Assembly: GCF_030684315.1 (NCBI RefSeq)
Contig: NC_081391.1
Span: 26,412,888 to 26,476,887 of the forward strand
DNA: 64,000 nucleotides
From: Stegostoma tigrinum
Taxonomy: Eukaryota
Direction of reading: 5' to 3'
Shown here: positions 1 through 11,625 of the stretch, piece after piece
How the letters are laid out: each line of letters begins with the position of its first letter
Numbering within the stretch: the stretch's first letter is position 1
Translations under genes and position numbers: made by a program
Notes under the pieces: model-generated
Told to the model about the DNA's origin: nothing
Database searches by the model: none
What the model saw: the letters and a program-made list of their open reading frames with translations, nothing else

Positions 1-177
1 CAGGCTGTGTGAAAGTAAGCCACTGACGTGTACTTGGGGGTGTATCACAGAGAATCTATTACAGCGACGGTCAGAGTCTGGACTGGTCAGTATCCTGGTG
101 TCTGGTCGCCATGTCAGACTGGGTCTGGGTCCGTCTGTGGTTGAGGGGGTCAATACTCAGTGTTGGCACCTTCTTAC

Positions 178-286
178 CTGACTGTGGGTTTGACTCGATT
201 GCAGCTTGGAATCTCTTCCTGTTGCTGCTGAGTCCTGAAAAGACATCATCGATCATCCAGAGGTCCCGCTGTGCCTCTCCTTGTTC
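178..286 (-). CDS. Exon of spectrin-repeat/coiled-coil-like gene (EQGEAQRDLWMIDDVFSGLSSNRKRFQAAIESNPQS); gene continues off the left edge
   Basis: Minus strand acceptor ttttaatcaatcag and donor G|gtaaga. Open frame; phase-0 start matches the exon at 2240-2338. Confidence 0.65.
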
Positions 287-464
287 CTGATTGATTAAAA
301 ACAATTCGAATCGCTGAAGTTACTTCACCAAATAACCAATCATCAGAGAGGACAGCCAAACTCTCCAGCCTGATCCTCAGGTAACAAGGTTTGGAGCTGG
401 ATGAACACAGCAGGCCAAGCAGCATCAGAGGAGCAGGAAAGCTGACGTTTTGGGCCTGGTGCGC

Positions 465-467
<3 letters not shown>

Positions 468-501
<34 letters not shown>

Positions 502-2005
502 TGTATGTGTGTGTATGTGTGTGTGTGAGAGAGAAGGTGAGTGAGAGTGAGAATGTGAGAGTGTGAGTCAGAGTGAGAATGTGAGAGTGGGAGTGTGTGA
601 GTGAGAATGTGTGAGTGAGAGTGAGAATGAATGAGTGAGAGTGTGAGTGTGAGCCAGAGTGAGTGGGAGGGTGGGTGTGAGTCAGAGTGAGGGTGTGATA
701 GTGTGGGGGAGGGTGTGAGAGTGAGTGAGGGGGGTGATAGTGCGGGGGTGGGTGTGAGGGTGAGTGAGGGGGTGAGTGAGGGGGTGAGTGAGGGGGTGAT
801 AGTGCGGGGGTGAGTGTGAGAGTGAGTGAGGGGGTGAGTGTGAGGGTGAGTGTGAGGGTGAGTGAGGGGGTGAGTGAGGGGGTGAGTGAGGGGGTGGGTG
901 TGAGGGTGAGTGAGGGGGTGAGTGAGGGGGTGAGTGAGGGGGTGGGTGTGAGGGTGAGTGAGGGGGTGAGTGAGGGGGTGAGTGAGGGGGTGGGTGTGAG
1001 GGTGAGTGAGGGGGTGAGTGAGGGGGTGGGTGTGAGGGTGGGTGTGAGGGTGAGTGAGGGGGTGAGTGAGGGGGTGAGTGAGGGGGTGAGTGAGGGGGTG
1101 GGTGTGAGGGTGGGTGTGAGGGTGAGTGAGGGGGTGAGTGAGGGGGTGGGTGTGAGAGTGAGTGAGGGGGTGAGTGAGGGGGTGAGTGAGGGGGTGAGTG
1201 AGGGGGTGAGTGAGGGGGTGGGTGTGAGAGTGAGTGTGAGGGTGAGTGAGGGGGTGAGTGAGGGGGTGGGTGTGAGAGTGAGTGAGGGGGTGAGTGAGGG
1301 GGTGGGTGTGAGAGTGAGTGAGGGGGTGAGTGAGGGGGTGAGTGAGGGGGTGAGTGAGGGGGTGAGTGAGGGGGTGGGTGTGAGAGTGAGTGTGAGGGTG
1401 AGTGAGGGGGTGAGTGAGGGGGTGAGTGAGGGGGTGAGTGTGAGAGTGAGTGAGGGGGTGAGTGAGGGGGTGAGTGTGAGGGTGGGTGTGAGGGTGAGTG
1501 AGGGGGTGAGTGAGGGGGTGGGTGTGAGAGTGAGTGAGGGGGTGAGTGAGGGGGTGAGTGAGGGGGTGATAGTGCGGGGGTGAGTGTGAGAGTGAGTGAG
1601 GGGGTGAGTGAGGGGGTGAGTGTGAGGGTGAGTGCGGGGGTGGGTGTGAGGGTGAGTGAGGGGGTGAGTGAGGGGGTGAGTGAGGGGGTGAGTGTGAGGG
1701 TGAGTGAGGGGGTGAGTGAGGGGGGTGAGTGAGGGGGTGGGTGTGAGGGTGAGTGAGGGGGTGTGTGTGAGGGTGAGTGAGGGGGTGAGTGAGGGGGTGA
1801 TAGTGAGGGGGTGAGTGAGGGGGTGATAGTGAGGGGGTGTGTGAGGGGGTGATAGTGAGGGGGTGTGTGTGAGGGTGTGTGTGAGGGTGAGTGAGGGGGT
1901 GAGTGTGAGAGTGAGTGAGGGGGTGAGTGTGAGAGTGAGTGAGGGGGTGATAGTGCGCGGGTGATAGTGAGGGGGTGATAGTGAGGGGGTGATAGTGCGA
2001 GGGTG
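468..2005. repeat. (GT)n microsatellite grading into a 12-bp GTGAGTGAGGGG-type minisatellite (intronic)
   Basis: Directly visible tandem units; plus strand almost devoid of C. Confidence 0.95.
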
Positions 2006-2239
2006 GCTGTGAGGGTCTCAGTGAATGAGGGGGACGTGGTTCAGCCTATTTGAGTTGCAGTGAGATTATGGGGGTGATCGAGCGGTGGTTTGTATGGAGG
2101 GAGCAACAGGCCGAGGAGTGAAGGGAAGGAGGGTGTGAGCCTCAGGATGTAAATTCCGGGGGCGCGGTTGTGGGGACAGGGCGGTGAGACTGGAGCAGGC
2201 CGTGATGATAAAGTGAAAAGGCGCGTGTTCGCTGCGTAC

Positions 2240-2338
2240 CTGTTGGCATGCACCTGTGCTGCCCTGCCTTGTATTGGCCCACAGTGTCTGCAGCTCAGTC
2301 TCCAGCAGCTTGTACTGACTCCAACATTGTTCCATCGC
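2240..2338 (-). CDS. Exon of spectrin-repeat/coiled-coil-like gene (AMEQCWSQYKLLETELQTLWANTRQGSTGACQQ)
   Basis: Acceptor ctttctgtctgttctgagacag and donor CAG|gtacgc. 99 bp, phase 0-0; amphipathic helix with spectrin-like Trp. Confidence 0.65.
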
Positions 2339-2658
2339 CTGTCTCAGAACAGACAGAAAGCTCAGTAACTATAACATCAGGACTGGGAGATGTCACACAG
2401 ACTGAGCACCTCCTGACCCACTGAATGTCCTCCAATTGAGGAATGAGTCAGTAATGGGCCCCAGAATAAAGAGCCTCATGGGGGAGGGCTTTGTTACAGT
2501 TTGAGGGGAGCTGGGCAGGCATCTGCGCTTACTGGGGTGTCTTACCTCTGTTTGACTCACCAGTGTCTCAGGGAGGGGACGGGCATGTCAGGTCCTGGTC
2601 CCAGTCTCTGTCTGTCTTTCCTCAGCCTGAGCTTCCTGCCAGCGAGAGGGAGACTCAC

Positions 2659-2686
2659 ATACTGACCCTCGGCTGTGTCTCCTGTC
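2659..2686 (-). CDS. 28-bp micro-exon (R-TGDTAEGQY) of the same gene
   Basis: Acceptor cctctcccacccag and donor |gtgagt. Phase 2-0 exactly bridges the exons at 2965-3106 and 2240-2338. Confidence 0.5.
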
Positions 2687-2964
2687 CTGGGTGGGAGAGG
2701 TAGGGGACAGACCGGGACCTCAGCCGCAGTGTCCTGACCCTCTCTGGGAGGGAGCACAGTGAAACAGGAGGAGGAGGCCCACACCGACTATAATCCCAGT
2801 TCCCAACAATAACCTGTGCATTCGGATTGGCCCTGGTTCCAGTCCTGCCTGGACAGTGAGCTGGAGAATAGGGCTCAGGCTACACATGGGGAATATTGTG
2901 CCCAGTTTCCAGCCCTAGGCTCTGCGCAGGGATCTCCTGTGGGGAGTAGTGTACACACTTGTAC

Positions 2965-3106
2965 CTTTTGAGGTAAATGCTGAGAGTGGCACTGCCTGGA
3001 AAGACAGTCACAATTTCAGGTTGTGCTCCCAGTCGGATGCTGAGCTGATTGCTCCTAAAGAGTAATTTGCTGCATTCCTCAAGATGCTGAACCAATAACA
3101 TTCCTC
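2965..3106 (-). CDS. Exon of the same gene (..LVQHLEECSKLLFRSNQLSIRLGAQPEIVTVFPGSATLSIYLKR); 5' boundary uncertain
   Basis: Polypyrimidine acceptor tattttatttcttgcccag and donor AG|gtacaa. Open frame; phase with the upstream exon is unresolved. Confidence 0.5.
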
Positions 3107-3266
3107 CTGGGCAAGAAATAAAATACAAACCCTCCCAGGAGCAGAGACACTGGGAGAGGTTTGGGTTTAAAATCTTAAAGTGAGACTAGCCTCGAGCAGA
3201 GGAGTGGGATTTGAACACAGCACCATCTCAGGCCGAGAGTGAGAGGCTCCAAGGCCCCTTCCTGAC

Positions 3267-3454
3267 CTCTCCTTCAGAAGCTGGGTAACTCCTTGAGTGA
3301 TTACCGTGGATAGGTCACAGAGTCTGGCTCGGATCTGGATCAGATCTTCCTGAAGAAGCTTCTGCTGCGATGTTAACTCCTGCACAATATCTGGCTGTCT
3401 CTCAAAGTCCACCATCTGGCAATGCATCTCCTCCCAAACACCTTCCAGTTTCTC
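3267..3454 (-). CDS. Exon of the same gene (EKLEGVWEEMHCQMVDFERQPDIVQELTSQQKLLQEDLIQIRARLCDLST..); donor uncertain (near 3305 or 3266)
   Basis: Acceptor ggtctatctccag. Heptad-patterned helical peptide inside ORF 3167-3703. Confidence 0.6.
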
Positions 3455-3719
3455 CTGGAGATAGACCAACAGGGATCTCAGCAATGTTTCACACAGAGAC
3501 TGAGGTAAAGCTGCACAAACTGAACTCAGCAATCTCCTCCCCTTCCACAGGCTCCCCGTCTCAAAGCCTCCCAGAGCCTCCCAACCACCTCCTCTGTCGC
3601 TCCCCCTCCCCCTCCCAGAGCCTCCCAACCACTTCCTCCTCCCCTCCCAGAGCCTCCCAACCACTCCCCCCACCTTCTCTGGGTCAGAGTGGGTCATCTG
3701 CAACTCTCCAATTCTTCGC

Positions 3720-4195
3720 CACTGCCCCTCAGCCCCTCGGTCCCTCAGACCCTCAACACTTCAGCCCCTCAGCCCCACAACCCCTCGGCCCCACAACCCC
3801 TCGGCCCCTCAACACCCCAGCCCCTCAACACCTCAGCCCCACAACCCCTCAGCCCCACAACCCCTCGGCCCCTCAATCCCCCAACCCCTTGGTCCCTCAA
3901 CCCCTCGGTCCCTCGGACCCTCAACACCTCGGCCCCTTGGCCGCTCAGCCCCTCAACCCTGCAGCCCGTCGGCCCGTTGGCCCCTGAACACCTCAGCCCC
4001 ATGCCCCCTCAGCCCCTCAACACGCAGCCCTCAGCCCCTCAGCCCCACAGCCCCTCAACCCCTCAGCCCCACAATCCCTCAGCCCCTCGGCCGCTGAACC
4101 CCTCAGCCCGTTAACCCCTCAACCCTTCTGTCCCTCGGCTCCTCGGCCCCACGCCCCCTCAGCACCTCAGTCCCTCGACCTCTTGGCCCCTCAGC
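3720..4195. repeat. Degenerate C-rich tandem repeat (ccctcagc/ccctcaac subunits)
   Basis: Visible ~8-bp subunit periodicity; explains the Pro-rich ORFs here. Confidence 0.85.
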
Positions 4196-4237
4196 TGAAG
4201 AAAATGATTACCTCTGTTTCTGTAATTGGAGCTCTCT

Positions 4238-4714
4238 CACTTCCCCCACTGCATCCCAAAACCAGCCCAGTTCGTCCCCTCCCCCCACTGCACCACACAA
4301 CCAGCCCAGCTCTTCCCCCCCACCCACTGCATCCCAAAACCAGTCCAACCTGTCTCTGCCTCCCTAACCGGTTCTTCCTCTCACCCATCCCTTCCTCCCA
4401 CCCCAAGCCGCACCCCCAGCTACCTACTAACCTCATCCCACCTCCTTGACCTGTCCGTCTTCCCTGGACTGACCTATCCCCTCCCTACCTCCCCACCTAT
4501 ACTCTCTCCACCTATCTTCTTTTCTCTCCATCTTCGGTCCGCCTCCCCCTCTCTCCCTATTTATTCCAGTTCCCTCCCCCCATCCCCCTCTCTGATGAAG
4601 GGTCTAGGCCCGAAACGTCAGCTTTTGTGCTCCTGAGATGCTGCTGGGCCTGTGTTCATCCAGCCTCACATTTTATTATCTTGGATTCTCCAGCATCTGC
4701 AGTTCCCATTATCA
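4238..4714 (+). mobile_element. 3' end (pseudo-LTR) of Penelope-like element with hammerhead core at ~4592-4620
   Basis: Near-identical to 27105-27583; contains CTGATGA-agggtctaggccc-GAAACGTC. Confidence 0.9.
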
Positions 4715-4953
4715 TAGGTTTGGAAGGTGCTGCCTGAGGATTTTTGGTGAATTTCTGTCGTGTGCTGCGACTGAGCGTCAGTGGTGGGGGGACCGGGATG
4801 TTTGCGGATGTGCTGCCAATCAAGCGGCTGCTTTGTGATGGATGGCGTCGAGCTTCCTGACTGTTGTTGGGGCTGCCCCCATCCAGGCAAACGGGAGTAT
4901 CCCATCACACTCCTGCCTTGTCGATGGTGGACAGGCTTTGAGGCTCTGCTTAC

Positions 4954-5004
4954 CCATGTTCTCCGTCGCCCTGTAAATTGTCCCTGAAGGACCAGGTCCT
5001 TTTC
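4954..5004 (-). CDS. Candidate exon (EKDLVLQGQFTGRRRTW) of the same gene
   Basis: Strong donor TGG|gtaagc but weak acceptor. Phase 0-0 fits both neighbours. Confidence 0.4.
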
Positions 5005-5404
5005 CTTGTTGCACACGTGGACTATGAACACTCACTATTTACCCTCTCTCTTTCAGGAAGCTGCTGGGCAGCTGCTCAACTACCATCTTAACCCCAGCAC
5101 CAAGGCAGTGACCTCCCCCCCCCACCCCCACCAGCCCACCCAGCACCGCCTTCCTAGCTACAGAAACAGCTGTTTCTTCTCCTCACGGCCTAGGGCCATA
5201 GTTTGCTCCTATTACATGTCAGTGCGTCTCAGTGACATCTTTCTGCGGGTCAAAGGAGCTGCTGGGCAGTTCCCAGGAACCAGTCAGTCGGAGCAGGTAA
5301 GGAGAATCCATAGGGCCAGATAAAGAGAGGAGACAGCAGGAAGGCGACTGAAGTGCGACAGAAGGAAGGCTCTATCTGGGAACTGGACCCTTATTGTCAC
5401 AAAC

Positions 5405-5485
5405 CTTCTCTGCTTGGAGCTGAGTTGCTTCATTGAGTAGTGCCTGGAGCATTCGATCCTGCCCACACAGCCTGGTCAACAGAAG
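5405..5485 (-). CDS. Exon (LLLTRLCGQDRMLQALLNEATQLQAEK) of the same gene
   Basis: Acceptor tttgtccttctgtctgcag and donor AAG|gtttgt. 81 bp, phase 0-0; resembles spectrin helix B. Confidence 0.6.
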
Positions 5486-5534
5486 CTGCAGACAGAAGGA
5501 CAAACATCATCAGATACAACTCCATCAAATGTCA

Positions 5535-6405
5535 GAGCTCCCCAGTTAAACCTGTGATGTCCCCATTCTGGGAGTGTTTGATGGGGACAGTGTAGAGGGA
5601 GCTTTACTCTGTATCTAACCCCGTGCTGTCCGCATTCTGGGAGTGTTTGATGGGGACAGTGTAGAGAGAGCTTTACTCTGTATCTAACCCCGTGCTGTCC
5701 CCATTCTGGGAGGGTTTGATGGGAACGGTGTAGAGGGAGCTTTACTCTGTATCCAACCCCGTGCTGTCCCCATTCTGGGAGGGTTTGACGGGGATAGTGT
5801 AGAGGGAGCTTTACTCTATCTAACCCCATGCTGTCCCTGCCCCTTGGAGTGTTTGATGGGGACAGTGTAGAGGGAGCTTTACTCTGTATCTAACCCCGTG
5901 CTGTCCCTGTCCCTGGGAGGGTTTGATGGGGACAGTGTAGAGGGAGCTTTACTCTGTATCTAACCCCGTGTTGTTCCTGCCCCTGGGAGTGTTTGATGGG
6001 GACAGTGTAGAGGGAGCTTTACTCTGTATCTAACCCCGTGCTGTCCCTGTCCCTGGGAGTGTTTGATGGGGACAGTGTAGAGAGAGCTTTATTCTGTATC
6101 TAACCCCGTGCTGCCCCTGGGAGTGTTTGATGGGGACAGTGTAGAGGGGAGCTTTACTCTGCATCTAACCCTGTGCTGTCCCTGTCCCTGGGAGGGTTTG
6201 ATGGGGACGGTGTAGAGGGAGCTTTACTCTGTATCTAACCCCGTGCTGTCCCCATTCTGGGAGTGTTTGATGGGGACAGTGTAGAGAGAGCTTTACTCTG
6301 TATCTAACCCTGTGCTGTCCCCAATCTGGGAGGGTTTGATGGGGACAGTGTAGCGGGAGCTTTACTCTGTATTTAACCCCGTGCTGTCCTTGTCCTGGAG
6401 TGTAC
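5535..6405. repeat. ~70-bp minisatellite (gggagtgtttgatggggacagtgtagagggagctttactctgtatctaaccccgtgctgtcc..), about 12 copies
   Basis: Directly visible tandem units. Confidence 0.95.
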
Positions 6406-6474
6406 CAACCCGTGAATAGTTTTTGCTCCTGAGGGCTTATTTGTGAAAGTCAGATCACTAAAACTATGGCTTAC

Positions 6475-6544
6475 ATCAACGTGTGTTTCTGTCATTTTGA
6501 CTGTCTCCGCAGGATACTCGCGGTGAACCTGGAAGAGAATGTTC
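6475..6544 (-). CDS. Exon (NILFQVHREYPAETVKMTETHVD) of the same gene
   Basis: Acceptor aactaacag and donor GAT|gtaagc. Phase 2-0, compatible with 5405-5485. Confidence 0.55.
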
Positions 6545-6614
6545 CTGTTAGTTTCTCACAGCGAGCTCAGCCGATGGGTTGTGTATTCCCACACAAACAG
6601 GGGGACAGTTGGTC

Positions 6615-6743
6615 AGAGATAATGGGAACTGCAGATGCTGGAGAATCCAAGATAATAAAATGTGAGGCTGGATGAACACAGCAGGACAAGCAGCATCTCA
6701 GGAGCACAAAAGCTGACGTTTCGGGCCCAGACCCTTCATCAGA
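6615..6743 (-). mobile_element. Penelope-like terminal fragment
   Basis: Reverse complement of 27459-27585. Confidence 0.85.
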
Positions 6744-7097
6744 GGACAGTGAGTCAGCTGTCTCGCACTGACAGGGAGGAGATATGTCTCTGCAGTTAGA
6801 AATCTGGTCTCCAGAATGGGGCACTCAGAACAAGGGTTCAAAACCCAAAATATAAGGTGGTGAAATTTAAATTTCATCAATAAGTCAGGTATTGAAAGTT
6901 ACTCTCTGACATGGTGACCATGACAACCATCATTGACTGTTGTAAGATCCATCTGGGTCACTAATGCCCTTTAGGGGAGGTCCTTACCTGGTGTGGCCTA
7001 CATGTGACTCCAGACCCACAGCAACATGGCTGACTGTCATCTCCCCACGGAAATAGCTCAGTAAAACCCTTATTAGTGACATCAGCCTGATACAGAA

Positions 7098-7302
7098 NNN
7101 NNNNNNNNNNNNNNNNNNNNNNNNNNNNNNNNNNNNNNNNNNNNNNNNNNNNNNNNNNNNNNNNNNNNNNNNNNNNNNNNNNNNNNNNNNNNNNNNNNNN
7201 NNNNNNNNNNNNNNNNNNNNNNNNNNNNNNNNNNNNNNNNNNNNNNNNNNNNNNNNNNNNNNNNNNNNNNNNNNNNNNNNNNNNNNNNNNNNNNNNNNNN
7301 NN
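7098..7302. other. Assembly gap (205 N)
   Basis: Run of N. Confidence 1.
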
Positions 7303-7399
7303 GTGTGTGAGGCGGGTAGGGTATGTGGGGGTAGGTGGGGAGTGGGGGTTGCCACATGGTGAGGAGACTCAGTGTGAGGGTGTTTGAGGGTGCAGTGTG

Positions 7400-10300
7400 T
7401 GTCTGTGGGGAGAGGGGGGTCGCCCTGTTCGTGAGTGGCCTCTTGGTGAGGGTGTAGGTGTGGGTGGTCGGGGGGGGGGGGGGTGTGGGTGCGTGGGGGA
7501 GGCATGGGGGGTCGCCCCGTTAGTGAGGGGTCTCTGTGTGAGGGTGTGTGGGGGTGGGTGCGTGGGGGGAGGTGGGGAGGGTGGGGGGTCACCCCATTAG
7601 TGAGGGGTCTCTGAGTGGGGGTGGGTGCGTGGGGGTAGGTGGGGGGGATCACCCCGTTAGTGAGAGGTCTCTGCATGAGGGTGTAGGTGGGGGGGTCGCC
7701 CCGTTAGTGAGGGGGCTCTGTGTGAGGGTTTAGGCGGGGGGGGGGGAGTTGGGGGGGGGAGGTCGCCCCGTTAGTGAGAGGTCTCTGCGTGAGGGTGTAG
7801 GTGGAGGGGTCGCCCGGTTAGTGAGGGGTCTCTGAGTGGGGGTGGGTGCGTGGGGGTAGGTGGGGGGGATCACCCCGTTAGTGAGAGGTCTCTGCGTGAG
7901 GGTGTAGGTGGGGGGGTCGCCCCGTTAGTGAGGGGGCTCTGTGTGAGGGTTTAGGCCGGGGGGGGGGGAGTTGGGGGGTGAGGTCGCCCCGTTAGTGAGA
8001 GGTCTCTGCGTGAGGGTGTAGGTGGAGGGGTCGCCCGGTTAGTGAGGGGGCACTGTGTGAGGGTTTAGGCGGGGTGGGGAAGTTGGGGGGGGGGGGAGTC
8101 GCCCCGTTAGTGAGGGGGCCGTGTGTGAGGGTTTAGGCGGGGGGGGGAGTTGGGGGGGGAGTTGCCCCGTTAGTGGGGGGGCTCTGCGTGAGGGTGTAGA
8201 TTGTGGGGTCGCCTCGTTAGTAAGGGAGCTCTGTGTGAGGGTGTAGACGGTGGGCGAGGTGGGAGGGGTCGCCCCGTTAGTGAGGGGGCTCTGCGTGAGG
8301 GAGTAGGTGGGCGGGGGTTCGCCCCGTTAGTGAGGGGGCTGTGTGTGAGGGTGTATACGGTGGGAGGGAGTCGCCCCATTAGTGAGGGGGCTCTGCGTGA
8401 GGGTGTAGGCGGGGGGAGGGGGTTGCCCCGTTAGTGAGGGGGCTCTGTGTGAGGGTGAGTGCGTGTGGGTAGGTGGGGTGTTCGCCCCATTAGTGAGGGG
8501 GCTCTGCGTGAGGGTGTAGGCGGGGGGAGGGTGTCGCCCCATTAGTGAGGGGGCTGTGCGTGAGGGTGTAGGCGGGGTGAGGGTGTCGCCCCATTAGTGA
8601 GGGGGCTGTGTGTGAGGGTGTAGGCGGGGTGAGGGTGTCGCCCCATTAGTGAGGGGGCTCTGCGTGAGGGTGTAGGTGGGGAGAGGGTGTTGCCCCGTCA
8701 GTGAGGGGGCTGTGTGTGAGGGTGTAGGCGGGGTGAGGGTGTCACCCCATTAGTGAGGGGGCTCTGCGTGAGGGTGTAGGTGGGGGGAGGGTGTTGCCCC
8801 GTCAGTGAGGGGGCTCTGTGTGAGGGTGTAGGCGGTGGGAGGGTGTCGCCCCGTTAGTGAGGGGGCTGTGTGTGAGGGTGTAGGCGGGGTGAGGGTGTCG
8901 CCCCATTAGTGAGGGGGCTCTGCGTGAGGGTGTAGGTGGGGGGAGGGTGTTGCCCCGTCAGTGAGGGGGCTCTGTGTGAGGGTGTAGTTGGGGGGAGGGT
9001 GTCGCCCTGTCAGTGAGGGGGCTCTGCGTGAGGGTGTAGTTGGGGGGAGGGTGTCACCCCGTTAGTGAGGGGGCTCTGCGTGAGGGTGTAGTTGGGGGGA
9101 GGGTGTCACCCCGTTAGTGAGGGGGCTCTGCGTGAGGGTGTAGGTGGGGGGAGGGTGTCACCCCGTCAGTGAGGGGGCTCTGTGTGAGGGTGTAGTTGGG
9201 GGGAGGGTGTCACCCCGTCAGTGAGGGGGCTCTGCGTGAGGGTGTAGTTGGGGGGAGGGTGTCACCCCGTTAGTGAGGGGGCTCTGCGTGAGGGTGTAGT
9301 TGGGGGGAGGGTGTCACCCCGTTAGTGAGGGGGCTCTGCGTGAGGGTGTAGGTGGGGGGAGGGTGTCACCCCGTCAGTGAGGGGGCTCTGCATGAGGGTG
9401 TAGGTGGGGGGAGGGTGTCACCCCGTCAGTGAGGGGGCTCTGCATGAGGGTGTAGGTGGGGGGAGGGTGTCACCCCGTTAGTGAGGGGGCTCTGCGTGAG
9501 GGTGTAGGCGGGGGAGGGTGTCGCCCCGTCAGTGAGGGGGCTCTGCGTGAGGGTGTAGGCGGGGGAGGGTGTCGCCCCGTCAGTGAGGCGGCTCTGCGTG
9601 AGGGTGTAGTTGGGGGGAGGGTGTCACCCCGTTAGTGAGGGGGCTCTGTGTGAGGGTGTAGGCGGGGTGAGGGTGTCGCCCCATTAGTGAGGGGGCTCTG
9701 CGTGAGGGTGTAGTTGGGGGGAGGGTGTCACCCCGTTAGTGAGGGGGCTCTGCGTGAGGGTGTAGTTGGGGGGAGGGTGTCACCCCGTTAGTGAGGGGGC
9801 TCTGCGTGAGGGTGTAGTTGGGGGGAGGGTGTCACCCCGTCAGTGAGGGGGCTCTGCGTGAGGGTGTAGGTGGGGGGAGGGTGTCACCCCGTCAGTGAGG
9901 GGGCTCTGCGTGAGGGTGTAGGTGGGGGGAGGGTGTCACCCCGTCAGTGAGGGGGCTCTGCGTGAGGGTGTAGGTGGGGGGAGGGTGTCACCCCGTCAGT
10001 GAGGCGGCTCTGCGTGAGGGTGTAGGCGGTGGGAGGGTGTCGCCCCGTCAGTGAGGGGGCTCTGCGTGAGGGTGTAGTTGGGGGGAGGGTGTCACCCCGT
10101 CAGTGAGGGGGCTCTGCGTGAGGGTGTAGTTGGGGGGAGGGTGTCACCCCGTCAGTGAGGCGGCTCTGCGTGAGGGTGTAGGCGGGGGGAGGGTGTCACC
10201 CCGTTAGTGAGGGGGCTCTGCGTGAGGGTGTAGTTGGGGGGAGGGTGTCACCCCGTCAGTGAGGGGGCTCTGCGTGAGGGTGTAGTTGGGGGGAGGGTGT

Positions 10301-10698
10301 CACCCCGTCAGTGAGGGGGCTCTGCGTGAGGGTGTAGGTGGGGGGAGGGTGTCACCCCGTCAGTGAGGCGGCTCTGCGTGAGGGTGTAGTTGGGGGGAGG
10401 GTGTCACCCCGTTAGTGAGGAGGCTCTGCGTGAGGGTGTAGTTGGGGGGAGGGTGTCACCCCGTTAGTGAGGCGGCTCTGCGTGAGGGTGTAGTTGGGGG
10501 GAGGGTGTCACCCCGTCAGTGAGGGGGCTCTGCGTGAGTGTGTAGTTGGGGGGAGGGTGTCACCCCGTCAGTGAGGGGGCTCTGCGTGAGGGTGTAGTTG
10601 GGGGGAGGGTGTCACCCCGTCAGTGAGGGGGCTCTGCGTGAGGGTGTAGTTGGGGGGAGGGTGTCACCCCGTCAGTGAGGGGGCTCTGCGTGAGGGTG
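7400..10698. repeat. 52-bp G-rich satellite (gttagtgagggggctctgcgtgagggtgtagttggggggagggtgtcacccc), degenerate on the left and homogeneous on the right
   Basis: Unit recurs at 52-bp spacing, e.g. 9061 and 9113. Confidence 0.95.
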
Positions 10699-11229
10699 AT
10701 GTTTGCTGTACCTACACGATGACAGCTGGTAATGAACATGTAACCACCATCTTGGTGTGGGCAGTGAATCCTGGTCGTGACAGTGACAGGCCCTTACTCC
10801 CCGGGTCCCCCCCTCCCCCCTGGATCACCCCCTGGATCACACCGCCTGGGTTACCCGCCCTCGGTCACCCCCCCGGGTCACCCCCCGGGTCACTCCCCCT
10901 GGATCACCCCTGGGTCACTCCGTGCGTCTCTCCCTCTGGGTCAACCTCACGGGCACCCCCTTGGTCTCTTCCCTGGGTCATCCCTGGGGTCTCTCCCCCG
11001 GGTCACTGTGGCCTTGTCAATATAAACTTTCAATTCAGTATCACTTGTTGGTTGATAAACTTGTCATCACCAGCCAATGTATTTCTGGAAATTTCTATCC
11101 CATTAACCTATCCCTCCAACTCTGTCCATCTTCACCCCTTCAGATTCTCTCTCTCTCTCTCCCTTTCTCCTTCTCCTACTCACACTCATCTCTCCACCTC
11201 AGGACTGCCCTCCCCTCCTCCATTTCTTT

Positions 11230-11570
11230 GTTTTTATTCACTTGTAGAATGTGGGCATCACTGACTGGGCCCAGCATTTCTTGCCCATCCCAGTTGCCCC
11301 TTGAGAAGGTGGGGGTGAGCTGCCTTCTGCAGCCCTCCTGCTGTGGGTTGACCCACAGTGCCCTTACAAAGGGAATTCCAGGATTGTGACTCAGTGACAG
11401 TGAAGGAACGGCGATATATTTCCAAGTCAGGATGGTGGGAGACTTGGGGAGGGAGCTTGCAGGGGATGGTGTTCCCGTGTATCTGCTGCCCTTGTCTTTC
11501 CAGATGGAAGTGGTTGTGGGTTCGGAAGGTGCTGCCGGAGGATCTTTGGTGAATTTCTGCAGAGCATCTT
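11230..11570 (-). mobile_element. Deu-domain-type SINE fragment
   Basis: ggcatcactgactgggcccagcatttcttgcccatcccagttgccccttgagaagg; shared with 13570-13790, 33868-34227 and 48134-48465. Confidence 0.65.
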
Positions 11571-11625
11571 GGTGGTGGGGTCGGGGGTTGGGGGGGGGGA
11601 GCGGGGCCGGTGGTGGGGGGGGTGG

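Noticed and set aside
810-1583. 257-aa ORF of VSEG repeats
   Set aside because: Translation of a 12-bp minisatellite that lacks stops; lies in an intron.
3267-3454. TRIM coiled-coil exon
   Set aside because: No RING, B-box or PRY-SPRY exons nearby; neighbouring exons fit a spectrin-like rod better.
3370-4114. Pro/Ser-rich plus-strand ORFs
   Set aside because: Derived from a C-rich tandem repeat and antisense to real exons.
6513-6545. Plus-strand mini exon as the missing BAX exon 1 or 2
   Set aside because: No BAX similarity; the minus-strand reading has a better donor and fits the exon chain.
5535-10698. CRISPR-like or telomeric arrays
   Set aside because: Units are contiguous with no unique spacers, there are no cas genes and no (TTAGGG)n; these are eukaryotic satellites.
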